Notes: generated from the sequence alone by a model not told the origin. Counted from the stretch's first letter, positions 51,802 through 62,199 are shown. The stretch is DNA of 64,000 bases from an uncultured delta proteobacterium (GCA_963842085.1 CAWJET010000002.1:896001-960000); one strand, 5' to 3'. Program-made: numbers and translations.

Positions 51802-52686
51802 ATGAGTACGCAGGCCGAAAGTTCAAAGTTTTACGAACCGATCGTACCGTCGGACCAGATTCAGTTTCGCGAATACAAGCTGCTGCTGAAGCCGGACCTG
51901 TTTCCCGACGAGAAGGGATTTCACCGGTTCTGGAAACTGGCGCATCACGCGGCGAAATCTCTGGGCGTCAAGCTCGGCAAGATCGACGAATCGGTCAAAC
52001 CGCACATGCGCGAAGTGCTGTTCTACGACACTCCGCACTTCAAGCTCTACAATCACGGCTTCATCCTGAGAAAACGCACCTTCTACCACCACGGCGTGCC
52101 CGACGCGCGGCACGAGCTGGTGATCAAGTTTCGGCACCCGGACAAGAAGGTCGCGCTGGCCGTGGATCCGCGTCCATTGCTGCCGTGCGCGTTCACGCTG
52201 AAGTTCAAGGAGGAAATCCTCCTGCCCAAGGATGGCGCGCTCGGAATGCGGCTGGTGTATTCGCACAACTGCGAGCTCGACACTCCCAACATCATATTGA
52301 CGCAACGCTTCGAAACGACCGCCGAAGCCTTTCCGGCGCTCAAGCAGATCGACGCCAATCCGAAGGCGCCGCTGAGCGTGGTGCACGACCTCTCAATCCA
52401 GGAATATCTGATCGATCTCGGGATGCTGGACTTCGGGCACAAGCTCGAGGCCAAGGCGACGCTCGCAGTGTGGCGGGTGCGCACGACCAACTCGCCGATA
52501 GTGGCGGAGTTCGCCTACCAGTTGAAGTTCGACAGTCCCGAAGCGGTGCGGCGCAAGCAGCGAGAGCTTTCCGAGTTCTTCTACACGGCCCTGCAATCGC
52601 GGGCCTCAGACTGGGTGCAGCGTGGAACAACCAAAACCGCCCTCGTTTACGGATACGGCAACGCCAGTCTCAAGCACCAGGAATGA
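51802..52686 (+). CDS. Hypothetical protein with probable CYTH/TTM-like fold
   Basis: REYKLLL, FYDT...ILRKR, KFR, KFKEE, terminal TKT resemble CYTH/VTC motifs. Confidence 0.55.
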   Translation: MSTQAESSKFYEPIVPSDQIQFREYKLLLKPDLFPDEKGFHRFWKLAHHAAKSLGVKLGKIDESVKPHMREVLFYDTPHFKLYNHGFILRKRTFYHHGVPDARHELVIKFRHPDKKVALAVDPRPLLPCAFTLKFKEEILLPKDGALGMRLVYSHNCELDTPNIILTQRFETTAEAFPALKQIDANPKAPLSVVHDLSIQEYLIDLGMLDFGHKLEAKATLAVWRVRTTNSPIVAEFAYQLKFDSPEAVRRKQRELSEFFYTALQSRASDWVQRGTTKTALVYGYGNASLKHQE

Positions 52687-53293
52687 GCCCGATCTTCATC
52701 CGAGCCTGCTGACGCTGTTCAGGATCTTCCTGCTCGCGGGAGGGCTGAGCTTCGGCGGCGGCGCCGTGGCCTATCTGCGCGAGTACCTGGTGCGCGAAGA
52801 GGGCTGGCTCGACGACGAGGGATTTCTCGGCGCGATGGAGATCAGCGAGACGCTGCCGGGTCTGAACGCCGTCAACATGGCGATCATCATGGGCGACAAT
52901 CTGCGTGGGCTGGCGGGCGCCGCAGTCTCGGTCGTCGGGATGCTGCTGCCGGGATCGATCGTCGTGATGTTCCTCGGGATACTGTATCAATCCAATCACA
53001 GCAATCCCGATGTCAGGCGTTTCCTGTTGGGGATCGCCGCCGCGGCAGTCGGTTTGCTTTCGGCGGTGACGCTGCAGATCGGGCGGCGGCAGTTTCGTCA
53101 GCTTCCGGACATCGCGATCATCTTCGTTACGTTTTTCGCGGTCAGCTTCGTTAAATTGCCCCTGTTCGTGGTGTTGCTCGGTCTCGGGCCGATATCAGTG
53201 TGGCTCTACCGGCCGAAGGTCGCGAAACCGCGCGCTGAGGACGAGCATCTGCCCTTCCATCGCGGCCCGCGCCATCACCTGTTCCGTCATTAG
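52683..53293 (+). CDS. chrA: Short-chain chromate transporter (ChrA half), apparent 1-nt frameshift just after ATG
   Basis: SFGGG, LPGLNA, LLPG; coupled ATG at 52683 needs one more C to read MSPDLHPSLL. Confidence 0.8.
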
Positions 53294-53314
53294 CCAATTG
53301 AGATCCAAATCCCA

Positions 53315-53833
53315 ATGACACGATTGATACACCTGTTCCTGGTCTTCGCGCTGTTGTCGGTACTGGCGGTCGGCGGCGGAACTGCGGTGCTGCCCGAGAT
53401 GCAGCACATGACGGTGCATACGTTTCACTGGCTGACGGATGCGCAGTTCCGCAACATCTACAGCCTCGGGCAGGTTGCGCCGGGACCGAACATGTTGATG
53501 GTGCTGGTGATCGGCTACCAGTTGGCGGGATGGGCCGGGATGGTCGTGGTGGGAATCGGATTTTTTCTGCCCGATTGCATAATTACGCTGTTCGTCAATC
53601 GATGGTGGGTGCATCTGGGCGGGTGGCCATGGCGCACCTCGATTCAGCGGGGGCTGGCGCCGGTGGCGATCGGGCTGATGACGTCGGGAACGTATGCGAT
53701 TGCGAAGCTCTCGATCGTGGACGTGCAGACGCTGGCGATCGCGCTCGCGGTATTCGCGATTCTGCTCTGGCGCCACGTTAATCCCGGCGTACTGGTGCTC
53801 GTGGGAGGCGCCGTTTACGTTTTGTGGAGATAG
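53315..53833 (+). CDS. chrA: Short-chain chromate transporter (second half)
   Basis: AVGGG, GQVAPGPN, FFLP, GLAPVAIGL. Confidence 0.9.
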   Translation: MTRLIHLFLVFALLSVLAVGGGTAVLPEMQHMTVHTFHWLTDAQFRNIYSLGQVAPGPNMLMVLVIGYQLAGWAGMVVVGIGFFLPDCIITLFVNRWWVHLGGWPWRTSIQRGLAPVAIGLMTSGTYAIAKLSIVDVQTLAIALAVFAILLWRHVNPGVLVLVGGAVYVLWR

Positions 53834-53860
53834 GCTGCGGCCGTCGACGCCGCACTCGAG

Positions 53861-53902
53861 GGAAAAGAAAACGCCGGCAGGAGTGGATAGTCCTGCCGGC
53901 GT
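53861..53902 (-). terminator. Intrinsic terminator of DUF1329 gene (possibly bidirectional)
   Basis: 12-bp stem ACGCCGGCAGGA/TCCTGCCGGCGT with adjacent A-tract on the + strand. Confidence 0.75.
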
Positions 53903-53923
53903 CGTGCAATCAGGAAGGTCAGG

Positions 53924-55237
53924 CTACATGTGGCCGACTTCGGACATCTTTACCATCGCCTCGGTGGTGAAGAAGGCGCGGTCCACCGCACCCATGTTGA
54001 TGTACCAGCATTCACGCTCGGGCGTCTCGATGCCGGGCAGGTAGCACATGGTGGCTTCGCCGCTCTGCACATCCTGGGAAGCGGCGCCAACCACGAATTC
54101 GCGCTTGAACGGATAGATCGCGACTTTCGCGTCGGGCACCGGACGATCGCGATACGCGAGCCAGTAGATGTGGTTGCGGAACAGTTCGCCGCGACGATCG
54201 TAAGTGTCGATGTACGGCTCGAACCACATTTCGGAATCCATGTAGATGACGGTCTTGGAATCGAGCGCCGACGCATTGTTAACGTGGCGCCGCGGCTCCG
54301 CCGTCACGATGTACATGTGGCGCATCTGCCAACGCTCGGGGCAGGCGCTGGCGCCGCCGTCGGTGGCGCAGCGGATTTCCGGTGAATGCTCGGCATCAAC
54401 CGTCGCGAGCATCTCTTTCTCGCCCAGGAACTTGTAGTTGTATTCCTCGGTCTTGGGATTGAACCCCGAATAGTGATCGGGATCCCAGGTCTGCGCACCG
54501 GTCGCGCTGGAATTGATGGCCTCGTTCAGACGGCGCAGGCGCCGCGAGCCGGTCTCCCAGGTCCAGGTATCGTCGCCATGATTCGGGTCGCCGTAACGAT
54601 AACGCAAGAGGCTGGTGCCGCGAGCGTCTTCGGGCGCGAGTTCGGGACCAAGCAGGAACAGCCACAGACGGTTGGTCTTCTTGAAGTCGGGATCGATCGG
54701 CAGCGGCTCGACTTCGGTCCGGCCGACGAGGTCGTAACCGGCGTAGTGGCCGAGCTGTCCGTATGCGATTTCAAAGAACGGTTTGTTGTAGCCGCTGTAA
54801 ACCGTGTCGCAGTCGAAGTATCGCAGATCGTAATCGTCGGACTGAATGGGACGCCACACGTTGTTCCAGACAACTTTGACCGCGACGTCAGGGTCATTCG
54901 CGTCGATCAGCGGAAACGGCTGTCCGGCTACATAGCCCACGACGGTACGATGATCTTTCGACAGTTCAACCTGCGACGCATACTTTTCTGTCGCGTCTTT
55001 GTAGGGAGGCGGCCAGTCCACGCGCACGGTCGGGACGATTTTCATCGTCATACCGTGCTGAACTTTGTACAACACGCCCGGCGAAACGAGGTCTTTCACC
55101 TTCGACGCGTTTTCCGGAGTGATGAAGTCGCCCGGCTTGACGCCTGCCTCCCCAGGCAGGCTCATGGCCGCGAGGGCCAGCAAGGCGATGCCCCCGGCGA
55201 CTACCGTTTTGCGAATCCCCAATGTCCCCAATAGCAT
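53924..55237 (-). CDS. DUF1329 family secreted protein
   Basis: Signal peptide, ITPENA, GQPFP, RRLRRL, YDRRGELFR; GGAGG RBS. Confidence 0.8.
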   Translation of the reverse strand: MLLGTLGIRKTVVAGGIALLALAAMSLPGEAGVKPGDFITPENASKVKDLVSPGVLYKVQHGMTMKIVPTVRVDWPPPYKDATEKYASQVELSKDHRTVVGYVAGQPFPLIDANDPDVAVKVVWNNVWRPIQSDDYDLRYFDCDTVYSGYNKPFFEIAYGQLGHYAGYDLVGRTEVEPLPIDPDFKKTNRLWLFLLGPELAPEDARGTSLLRYRYGDPNHGDDTWTWETGSRRLRRLNEAINSSATGAQTWDPDHYSGFNPKTEEYNYKFLGEKEMLATVDAEHSPEIRCATDGGASACPERWQMRHMYIVTAEPRRHVNNASALDSKTVIYMDSEMWFEPYIDTYDRRGELFRNHIYWLAYRDRPVPDAKVAIYPFKREFVVGAASQDVQSGEATMCYLPGIETPERECWYINMGAVDRAFFTTEAMVKMSEVGHM

Positions 55238-55426
55238 TCGAACCTCCGTATGAGCCCTGAAACGTTTTTTCGTGGCTCTAGTAAAAGCCTTGGGACGTGA
55301 ATTTTTCACGCCGCTCGCTTGCTATTAGAACTGTCAGGTCCGGATGTCAATCCGTCTAATTTGCGCTTTGGCTCAAATTTACCTCTTGCCTTCCGAGAGG
55401 CACGAGCCTATGTGAACCGAAATCGC

Positions 55427-55738
55427 CTATTTTGCGCCCGTCACCCGCTCGGATTCCGGTCCGCGGCTATCGATGCCTTTATGCCGCGTCAGCATCCGGT
55501 ATCCAACCATCTCCCGCCGCAACGTTGCGCAGTCGTGATGATGCAGCTCGAGGATGACGTTAACCTGCGACTCTGGGTAGCTAATGCCGGGCTCGAAGAA
55601 TTCGACCAGCCACTTCAGGATTACTAATCGCTTCTTGGCGCTGACCGGAATCTCGAGCAAGCGATCTCCGTCGACGAAGTTGCCGAGGATTTTTCGTTCC
55701 GCGCCGCCGCCGACTTCGATTTTGCGGAGCCGAGCGGG
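55427..55738 (-). pseudogene. 5'-truncated DUF2087 gene
   Basis: KILGNFVDGDRLLEIP..KKRLVIL..Y.E..VN..D.ATLRR; similarity begins upstream of any start codon, TGA at 55739-55741. Confidence 0.65.
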
Positions 55739-55852
55739 TCACGATTTCACCAGGCGTCAATCAGCCCTTAATGCGTCGGTAACGTCGATTTGGCACGACT
55801 GACCAACTGGTGCGGCCAACCCGGACGCTACCATCGGGAGGAAGGAGAAATC

Positions 55853-56206
55853 ATGGGTATGCGGAAGACCGCGATCGTGGCGTTGATAGCGTTGGCTGGG
55901 GTGAGTTTACCCGTGCAGCAGGGGGTGTCATTTGCACAACCGGCTCCGGGCGCGATGGCGACCGAGGCGATGGCGTCCAGCTTGTCGGCGGCCGACAAAG
56001 ATGCGCTGATGAAAAAGCTTGAAGATGCCAAGAAGCACGACAAGATCGCGCGCGCAGGATGGTCGCAGGAGCCGTTGACGCAGGCTGGCTACGATAAAAA
56101 GATTCAGGAGATCAACAGCCTGATGAAAAAGCTCCAGAAGGGAGAGGATTTCCCGCTAAGCGCGGTCGATAAAGCGGTCGCGTCGCCGCACACCGCCGAG
56201 TACTGA
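55853..56206 (+). CDS. Small secreted helical hypothetical protein
   Basis: AAGGAG RBS, signal peptide, Lys-rich helices. Confidence 0.7.
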   Translation: MGMRKTAIVALIALAGVSLPVQQGVSFAQPAPGAMATEAMASSLSAADKDALMKKLEDAKKHDKIARAGWSQEPLTQAGYDKKIQEINSLMKKLQKGEDFPLSAVDKAVASPHTAEY

Positions 56207-56261
56207 AATTTTCGCCCCGGGGCGATTCGAGGGCGGTCCGATCGCGGCCCGCCCCCTACTT

Positions 56262-56606
56262 TTATTTCTCGCCGATGTGGAACTTGTGCAGGAAGCGATG
56301 GATGACCGGGGTGAGCATAAGTCCGACGATTGCGATCAACGCAAGGCCGCTGTAGAGCGCGTAGATTGACGCGAAGATCTTCCCGGCGTTGGTCTTGAGC
56401 GGATCGACAGGACCCATCCCGCCTAGAATCATCGACGCGTTGAGCAGCGAATCGACCCACGGCAAGCCGTCGAGATAGTGGTAGCCGCATACGCCGACCG
56501 CGAGAGAACCCACGATGACGGCGCCTGCAGCCGCGCTCCATCGCGCCATCCGCCGCAGGAACAGGCGGCGCGGCAGCAACTTTTCGTTACGGCGTTCGAA
56601 CCGCAT
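56262..56606 (-). CDS. Small two-TM protein with potassium-channel-like pore helix
   Basis: TM-YHY..WVDSLLNASMILGGMGP..TNAGKIFAS-TM. Confidence 0.65.
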   Translation of the reverse strand: MRFERRNEKLLPRRLFLRRMARWSAAAGAVIVGSLAVGVCGYHYLDGLPWVDSLLNASMILGGMGPVDPLKTNAGKIFASIYALYSGLALIAIVGLMLTPVIHRFLHKFHIGEK

Positions 56607-56743
56607 CGAATCTCCTGTAGCACGAACGCGGCCGAGATGTCGGCAAGCTACGCGTATTCGCCTGACAGCCTGACTCGGTTGACGTCGGAGCTTGAGACGT
56701 TGGGAGCTTTGCGGCACGTCCAAGTGATGCTAAAATGCATCAC

Positions 56744-56986
56744 ATGAGAAAGGCCAGTGTGCGCGACCTTCGCTATCGCTTTTCTGAAGTTGAGCGGATT
56801 TTGCAGGAAGGCGAAAATATCGAAATCACCAAGCGCAGGCGGGTGATTGCACACCTGTTGCCGGTGGCTTCGCGCGCTCCCCGTCGACGTCCTGACTTCC
56901 TGGCCCGCCTGCGCGCAATTTACGGCGCCAGGATGCTCAAGGTGAGCGGAGCGGAACTCCTGGCGAGGGAGCGCGGCCGGTATTGA
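56744..56986 (+). CDS. Phd/YefM family antitoxin
   Basis: ASVRDLR..FSEV..GENIEITKRRRVIAHLLP. Confidence 0.85.
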   Translation: MRKASVRDLRYRFSEVERILQEGENIEITKRRRVIAHLLPVASRAPRRRPDFLARLRAIYGARMLKVSGAELLARERGRY

Positions 56987-57411
56987 GTGCATACGCCGAC
57001 ACCAGCTTCCTCGTTTCCCTATATACCCCCGATGCCAACTCCCCCGAGGCGGCCTCCCGTATGCAGCGCATGGCGCTTCCGGTGATTGTTACAACGTTCG
57101 GAGAGCTCGAACTGGCGAATGCGCTGCAACTTCGCTTGTTCCGACGCGAACTACCGGCGGCCAAAGTTCGCGCCGCATACGGAGCGTTTCGTGAGGACGT
57201 AGCCGCCGGCATCCTGGCAATCAAAGCGATGCCGGATGAGGTGTACGCGGAAGCGCGACGGCTTGCCCGAAAGTGGACCAGAACATTCGGCACTCGGACG
57301 CTTGATATCATCCACGTAGCATCCGCTTTGGCGCTGGGAGCAGAAGCTTTCCACACTTTCGACGAGAGACAGCGCAGGCTGGCCAAAGCCGTGAGGCTGA
57401 CGGCCAGGTAG
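56983..57411 (+). CDS. vapC: VapC PIN toxin
   Basis: YADTSFLV, ELE, RTLDIIHVASA, TFDERQ; 4-nt overlap with antitoxin. Confidence 0.9.
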   Translation: MSAYADTSFLVSLYTPDANSPEAASRMQRMALPVIVTTFGELELANALQLRLFRRELPAAKVRAAYGAFREDVAAGILAIKAMPDEVYAEARRLARKWTRTFGTRTLDIIHVASALALGAEAFHTFDERQRRLAKAVRLTAR

Positions 57412-57439
57412 AAAAGCCGCGGCGCGAGCTGTACTGGCG

Positions 57440-57868
57440 TCAGGGAAGCTTGGCCGAACCGACAACCCGCGACAGCCGAATCACGTTGTTCTCGTTCCGG
57501 CGTTCGTAGCTTGCCTCGTGGGTCAGCGAACGCAGGATGTGGAGACCGAGTCCGCCAACCGTTCTGGCTTCGAGCGGCCGCTCGAGATCGGGCGCCGGCT
57601 CTCCGAAGGGATCGAACGCACGCCCGTCGTCAATGAATTCGATTTCCAGCCGATTGCCATCGAGGCCAAGCGCGATCTCGGCCCGTCCGGGCTCCGATCG
57701 ATCCGGATATCCATATTTCACCAGGTTGGTGAGCAACTCTTCGAGCAGGATCAGAATGCGAGGCGCTTCGTCAGCAGCGATTCCCTGTTCTCTAACGAAT
57801 GCCACGACGAAACCGTCCACCTGACGCATCGCGCTGGAATCGGCTCGTATGATGAGGCGGGAGTGCAT
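57440..57868 (-). CDS. Anti-sigma factor Ser kinase (RsbW/SpoIIAB-like)
   Basis: EELLTNLVKYGY, DDGRAFDP, GGLGL. Confidence 0.88.
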   Translation of the reverse strand: MHSRLIIRADSSAMRQVDGFVVAFVREQGIAADEAPRILILLEELLTNLVKYGYPDRSEPGRAEIALGLDGNRLEIEFIDDGRAFDPFGEPAPDLERPLEARTVGGLGLHILRSLTHEASYERRNENNVIRLSRVVGSAKLP

Positions 57869-58023
57869 CGCTTCGTTCCGCTTGACCTCAGAAAACGCTA
57901 CGGAAGCTGAGTCTGAATTTATCTCGTTATCGGAATCTTGTCGCGGTTGCCGCGGCTGGCTTCTGGCGCCGCGCGGCGATAATCTGCACGCCGAATCATG
58001 CCGGGATTTGTGCAGGAGCTGAA

Positions 58024-58500
58024 ATGCATTCCACGAATCGCGTGCGGCGCACAGCCAAAAGTCTTGCCTCTATCCTGACACTGCTTGCGATCTCCGGTTC
58101 TGCCGTGAACGCGGACAATTCCCAGGTCGCGCAGGTCAAGACCGTAGCCGGCCAGGCCGAGATCGTGCGCAACGGAGCCCGCGCCACCGCCAGGATAGGC
58201 GATCCGCTCTACGAGAAGGACACGATCGAGACCGGCGCCGACGGCTCCATCGGCCTCACCTTCATCGACAACACCGTCATGTCGAGCGGCCCGAACAGCG
58301 AGATCGTGCTCGAGGATTACAAGTTCAACTCGAGCAATTTCAAGGGTTCGATGCTGACCGACATGAACCGCGGCACGCTCTCGATGATCTCCGGCGATAT
58401 CGCGCGCAGCTCGCCCGGCGCGATGAAGGTCAAGACGCCCACCGCGATTCTCGGCGTGCGCGGCACCAGGTTCGTAATCGAAGTCAAAGACAACCGCTAA
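58024..58500 (+). CDS. Secreted FecR-domain protein
   Basis: Signal peptide, DTIETGADG, TPTAILGVRGTRF. Confidence 0.85.
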   Translation: MHSTNRVRRTAKSLASILTLLAISGSAVNADNSQVAQVKTVAGQAEIVRNGARATARIGDPLYEKDTIETGADGSIGLTFIDNTVMSSGPNSEIVLEDYKFNSSNFKGSMLTDMNRGTLSMISGDIARSSPGAMKVKTPTAILGVRGTRFVIEVKDNR

Positions 58501-58502
58501 TC

Positions 58503-59087
58503 ATGCGCCGCCTCGCACTGGTTCTGGCACTTCTCTTACTGGCGTCATGTTCCAGCCGCCAGTCGCTGTTCGTTGTCCTGCCCAATCCGGACGGCAGCTC
58601 GGGCGCGGTCACGATCAAGGACGGCCAGAAGTCGGTAGTGCTGGATCGTCCGTATGCGGCCGGCGAGGTGCGCGGCGGCGTGGCCGCGCCGGTGAAGGTC
58701 GACCCGGCGCAGGTTCAGCAGATTTTTGGCAACGCGCTTGCCGCGCAGCCGGTCCTGCCCAGCCACTTCGTGCTCTATTTCGAAAAAGACAGCGACACTT
58801 TGACGCCGGACTCCCAGCGTCAGTACCAGGACGTGTTCGGCGACATCAAGCGCCGCCAAGTGTACGAGGTCGAGGTGATCGGCCATACCGACACGCTCGG
58901 CAACCCGGCGCACAATCAGCAGCTTTCGATGAGCCGCGCGGAGATGATACGCGATCGGCTGGTGCGTGACGGCATCAGCCCCAAGTCGATTTCGGTCGCG
59001 GGCCGCGGGCAGTTGGACCTCGCGGTGCCGACCGGAGACCAGGTTGCGGAACCAAAAAATCGGCGCGTGGAAATAACTGTCCGCTGA
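58503..59087 (+). CDS. OmpA-family peptidoglycan-binding lipoprotein
   Basis: LASC lipobox, GHTD, LS..RA, NRRVEI. Confidence 0.9.
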   Translation: MRRLALVLALLLLASCSSRQSLFVVLPNPDGSSGAVTIKDGQKSVVLDRPYAAGEVRGGVAAPVKVDPAQVQQIFGNALAAQPVLPSHFVLYFEKDSDTLTPDSQRQYQDVFGDIKRRQVYEVEVIGHTDTLGNPAHNQQLSMSRAEMIRDRLVRDGISPKSISVAGRGQLDLAVPTGDQVAEPKNRRVEITVR

Positions 59088-61250
59088 TCAGCCCGGAGAA
59101 TTTGCCGGACCCAGCCAGCGCACCGCGAGCAGCGTAATGTCGTCGGCCTGCTCGGCGCCGGCGGCGAAGCGGTGGACGTCGTCGCGCACAAAATCGAGGA
59201 CGGCCTTCGCGCCCGTATTCGGCGCCGACGCGAGCAGTCGCTCCAGCCGCGCGCCGGAATACAACGCCCGCTTCATGTCCTGGGCCTCGGTGACTCCGTC
59301 TGTATACGCAAGCACCATCTCTCCGGGCGCGAGCTGACGTTGTTCGATTGGGTAGTGAAAGTCGTCGACGGTCCCGAGCGGCGGTCCTCCCGCGGGTGCG
59401 AGATTCCCGGGCGCGGAGCCCGCGCGCATTACGAACGGCGAGTCGTGTCCCGCATTCACGTAAACGAGCACCCCCGAAGCGAGGTCGAGGATTGCCGCAA
59501 AGACCGTCACGAACATCATGTTCGCGCCGCCCGCACCCAATTCCTCGCTCGCGGCTGAAATCTTGGCGTTGGCCTCGCTGAACACGCGATCGAGAGCGTT
59601 CCGATAGCGCAGCGTCGCAGTGTGCAACACCTCTTTGGTCATCGCCATGAACAGGGCGGCGGGCACTCCCTTGCCGGACACGTCGGCGATTACGAATGAC
59701 AGGTGTTCGGAATCGAGCAGGACGAAATCATAAAGGTCGCCACCCACCATCCGCGCCGGCTCGATCGAGGCGAAGACCTCGACGTCGCGGCGCTCGGGAG
59801 GTCCCGGGAAATGCCGCGGGAGCAGGCCAAGCTGGATCGCTCGCGCAGCATTCAGCTCGCCCTCGAGACGCGCTTCCATTTCGCGCTCGTGCTGGAGCTC
59901 GGCCGCGAGCCGGCGGCGGCCTGCCTCTGCCACGCGCAGGTTCTCCGACAGCATGACGCCAAACACGAGCGCCGATGATAGCGCCGGATACACGCCGTCG
60001 AGCAGCAGCTTTGAGAATTTGAAGCCGGCCACAGCGGAGCCGAAGAGGATCGCGACGATGGCGAGAAATGCAACCGCAGCGACCCGCGGACTCGCGTACG
60101 GCAGGGCAAATACAATGACGAGCCCTGCCAGAAGCATGATCCCTATCTCGACGAGGTTAAGGTACCCCGGGCGGCGCAGCAGATTTCCGGTCAGCATCGA
60201 CTCCAGTGACTGTGCCCAGACTTCGACCCCGGGCATCAGGCCGAGCGGAGTCTGATTCTGGTCCGTCAATCCCAGAGCGCTCGACCCCAAGAGCACGGCC
60301 GCGCCCCGCAGCCGCGCCGGATCATAAGAGCCGTTGAGCAGGTCGACGGCCGAGATGTAGCGGGCGTCATACGAGGGGGTGAAATACGGGTAGATGCGGC
60401 CGTGCCGATCGGTCGGCAGAAAGAGCGGGCCCAGCTTTGCGCCTTGCACGCCTTCCTTTCCACTGACGATTCCCAGCGCGCCCGCGCCCGAAGCCACCCG
60501 CAGCATTTCGAGCGCAAGGTCTGGCACCAGGTGACCGTCGGCGAAAATGAACAACGGCACGCGGCGCGTGACGCCGTCGCGATCCGGCTCCTCGTCGATG
60601 GAACCCTCGCCACGCTCCGCCGCCTCGATCTCAGGCAGGCTGTGGACGAGCGTCGGATGAGTGAAAAGGAACGGGCGCGGATTGGCCCCCGATTCGAGAA
60701 TCATCGTTACGCGCGAGGGTGTCGCCGCTGCGCGAGCCGCCTCGTCGCTGACTCCGACCGCCAATACCGCCGGGACTTCGCGCAATGCATTGGCGAGAAC
60801 AGCTTCGTGCGAAGGCAGGCGCGACAGCTCGCCCGCGAGTTGCGCGGGAATTTCCGGATCGGATTCGACCAGCCGTCCGGGTGAAAGACGGTCGGGCTCG
60901 GCGAAAATAATATCGACGCCGAGCACGCTTGGCTTGCCCGATGCGATCTTATCGACCAGTTGCGCAACGCGCGCCCGCGACCATGGCCATTGGCCGTATT
61001 GCGCGAGGCTCTTGTCGTCGATCGCGACGATGCCTACCGGCAGCGGCTGATACTTACGGGGCGCAAGCTGTTCGAGGAAGTCAAAGCCGCGCAGCCTGAC
61101 GCTTTGCACGACAGCCGGATCGAGCGCGCGCACAACCACCAGCAGCGCCAGTACGACCAGGGCGGGTACCCGTCCGGGCGCGGCGAACAATCCGCGCGAC
61201 CAGGTCAGCAGTCTTCCCGGCGGAACGTCGGCCTTGTCCTCAGATGACAA
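59088..61250 (-). CDS. CHASE2 sensor + TM helices + PP2C/SpoIIE phosphatase
   Basis: IDDKSL..GQWPWSR, DIIFAEPDR, PGVE; GGDLYD, ADVSGKG, NAGH, TDGVTEA, DDIT. Confidence 0.92.
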   Translation of the reverse strand: MSSEDKADVPPGRLLTWSRGLFAAPGRVPALVVLALLVVVRALDPAVVQSVRLRGFDFLEQLAPRKYQPLPVGIVAIDDKSLAQYGQWPWSRARVAQLVDKIASGKPSVLGVDIIFAEPDRLSPGRLVESDPEIPAQLAGELSRLPSHEAVLANALREVPAVLAVGVSDEAARAAATPSRVTMILESGANPRPFLFTHPTLVHSLPEIEAAERGEGSIDEEPDRDGVTRRVPLFIFADGHLVPDLALEMLRVASGAGALGIVSGKEGVQGAKLGPLFLPTDRHGRIYPYFTPSYDARYISAVDLLNGSYDPARLRGAAVLLGSSALGLTDQNQTPLGLMPGVEVWAQSLESMLTGNLLRRPGYLNLVEIGIMLLAGLVIVFALPYASPRVAAVAFLAIVAILFGSAVAGFKFSKLLLDGVYPALSSALVFGVMLSENLRVAEAGRRRLAAELQHEREMEARLEGELNAARAIQLGLLPRHFPGPPERRDVEVFASIEPARMVGGDLYDFVLLDSEHLSFVIADVSGKGVPAALFMAMTKEVLHTATLRYRNALDRVFSEANAKISAASEELGAGGANMMFVTVFAAILDLASGVLVYVNAGHDSPFVMRAGSAPGNLAPAGGPPLGTVDDFHYPIEQRQLAPGEMVLAYTDGVTEAQDMKRALYSGARLERLLASAPNTGAKAVLDFVRDDVHRFAAGAEQADDITLLAVRWLGPANSPG

Positions 61251-62199
61251 TCTCGAGTCCGTCGTATGCGGAGGTGACCGTCAACTTATTCGGGGACCCG
61301 TTGATTTCCGCGTAGCGGCGCGTCTCGCCCAGCACCTTTTCTATCATTCGGTCGTCGAACACGGGCTCGTGATGGTACATGACCAGGTGCTTGACGCGCG
61401 CGAGTTGCGCGAGCTCGACCGCGATCATGTTGCTCGAGTGTCCCCAATCCTCTTTCACCGAGATCTGATCCGCAAGCGAGTATTGGGCATCGAAGATCAA
61501 CAGGTCGGCGTCCCGGAAAAATTCGACGAATGGATAGTTCTCCGTGAGAACGTCGAACTTGTGCTCGGAATCGGTCGAGTAGACCATCGACTTGCCATTC
61601 TTCGAGAAGCGAAAGCCGTAGGAATCGCTCGGATGGTTCTGCAGGATCGGCCTCACTGACAGGCCGTCGATCTCGTAGGTGCGGCCGGGTTCCAGCTCGA
61701 CGAACTCAATCGTGGCGCCGAGCGATCGAAAATCAACTGGAAAACAGGGATTGGACTGTTGACGAATGAAAGCGTCGCGCATCGCCTTGTGACAGCCGTG
61801 AATGCGAATCACGTTGCCGGGGATGTAGGACGGAGTGAAAAACGGAAACCCCATGATGTGATCCCAATGCGTATGCGACAGGAAAACGTTGAAGCGGGAT
61901 TTCTTCGCCGGGCCATGCTTCGCGATCAAGCTGTTGCCGAACTCGCGCACCCCCGACCCGAGGTCGCATAGCACATATTCGTCGCCGCCCGTTTCGATCT
62001 CGACGCAGCTCGAATTACCGCCGTAAGTGCCGCTCACCGGGAACGGAAGCTCGTTCGCGATGAAGCTATCGATTGCCTCGGGGCTGTCCAGTTGATGGCC
62101 GCGCGCTGCGAGCAGCGCCTCGCGCACCTTGTTTCGGACGGCGCGGTATCCCAGCGGCGTCGGTATCGAACCGCGACTTCCCCAAAAACGGATCAACAT
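61240..62199 (-). CDS. MBL-fold metallo-hydrolase
   Basis: RFWGSRGS, YGGNSSCV, SHTHWDH, WGHS, HHEP. Confidence 0.9.
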   Translation of the reverse strand: MLIRFWGSRGSIPTPLGYRAVRNKVREALLAARGHQLDSPEAIDSFIANELPFPVSGTYGGNSSCVEIETGGDEYVLCDLGSGVREFGNSLIAKHGPAKKSRFNVFLSHTHWDHIMGFPFFTPSYIPGNVIRIHGCHKAMRDAFIRQQSNPCFPVDFRSLGATIEFVELEPGRTYEIDGLSVRPILQNHPSDSYGFRFSKNGKSMVYSTDSEHKFDVLTENYPFVEFFRDADLLIFDAQYSLADQISVKEDWGHSSNMIAVELAQLARVKHLVMYHHEPVFDDRMIEKVLGETRRYAEINGSPNKLTVTSAYDGLEIVI

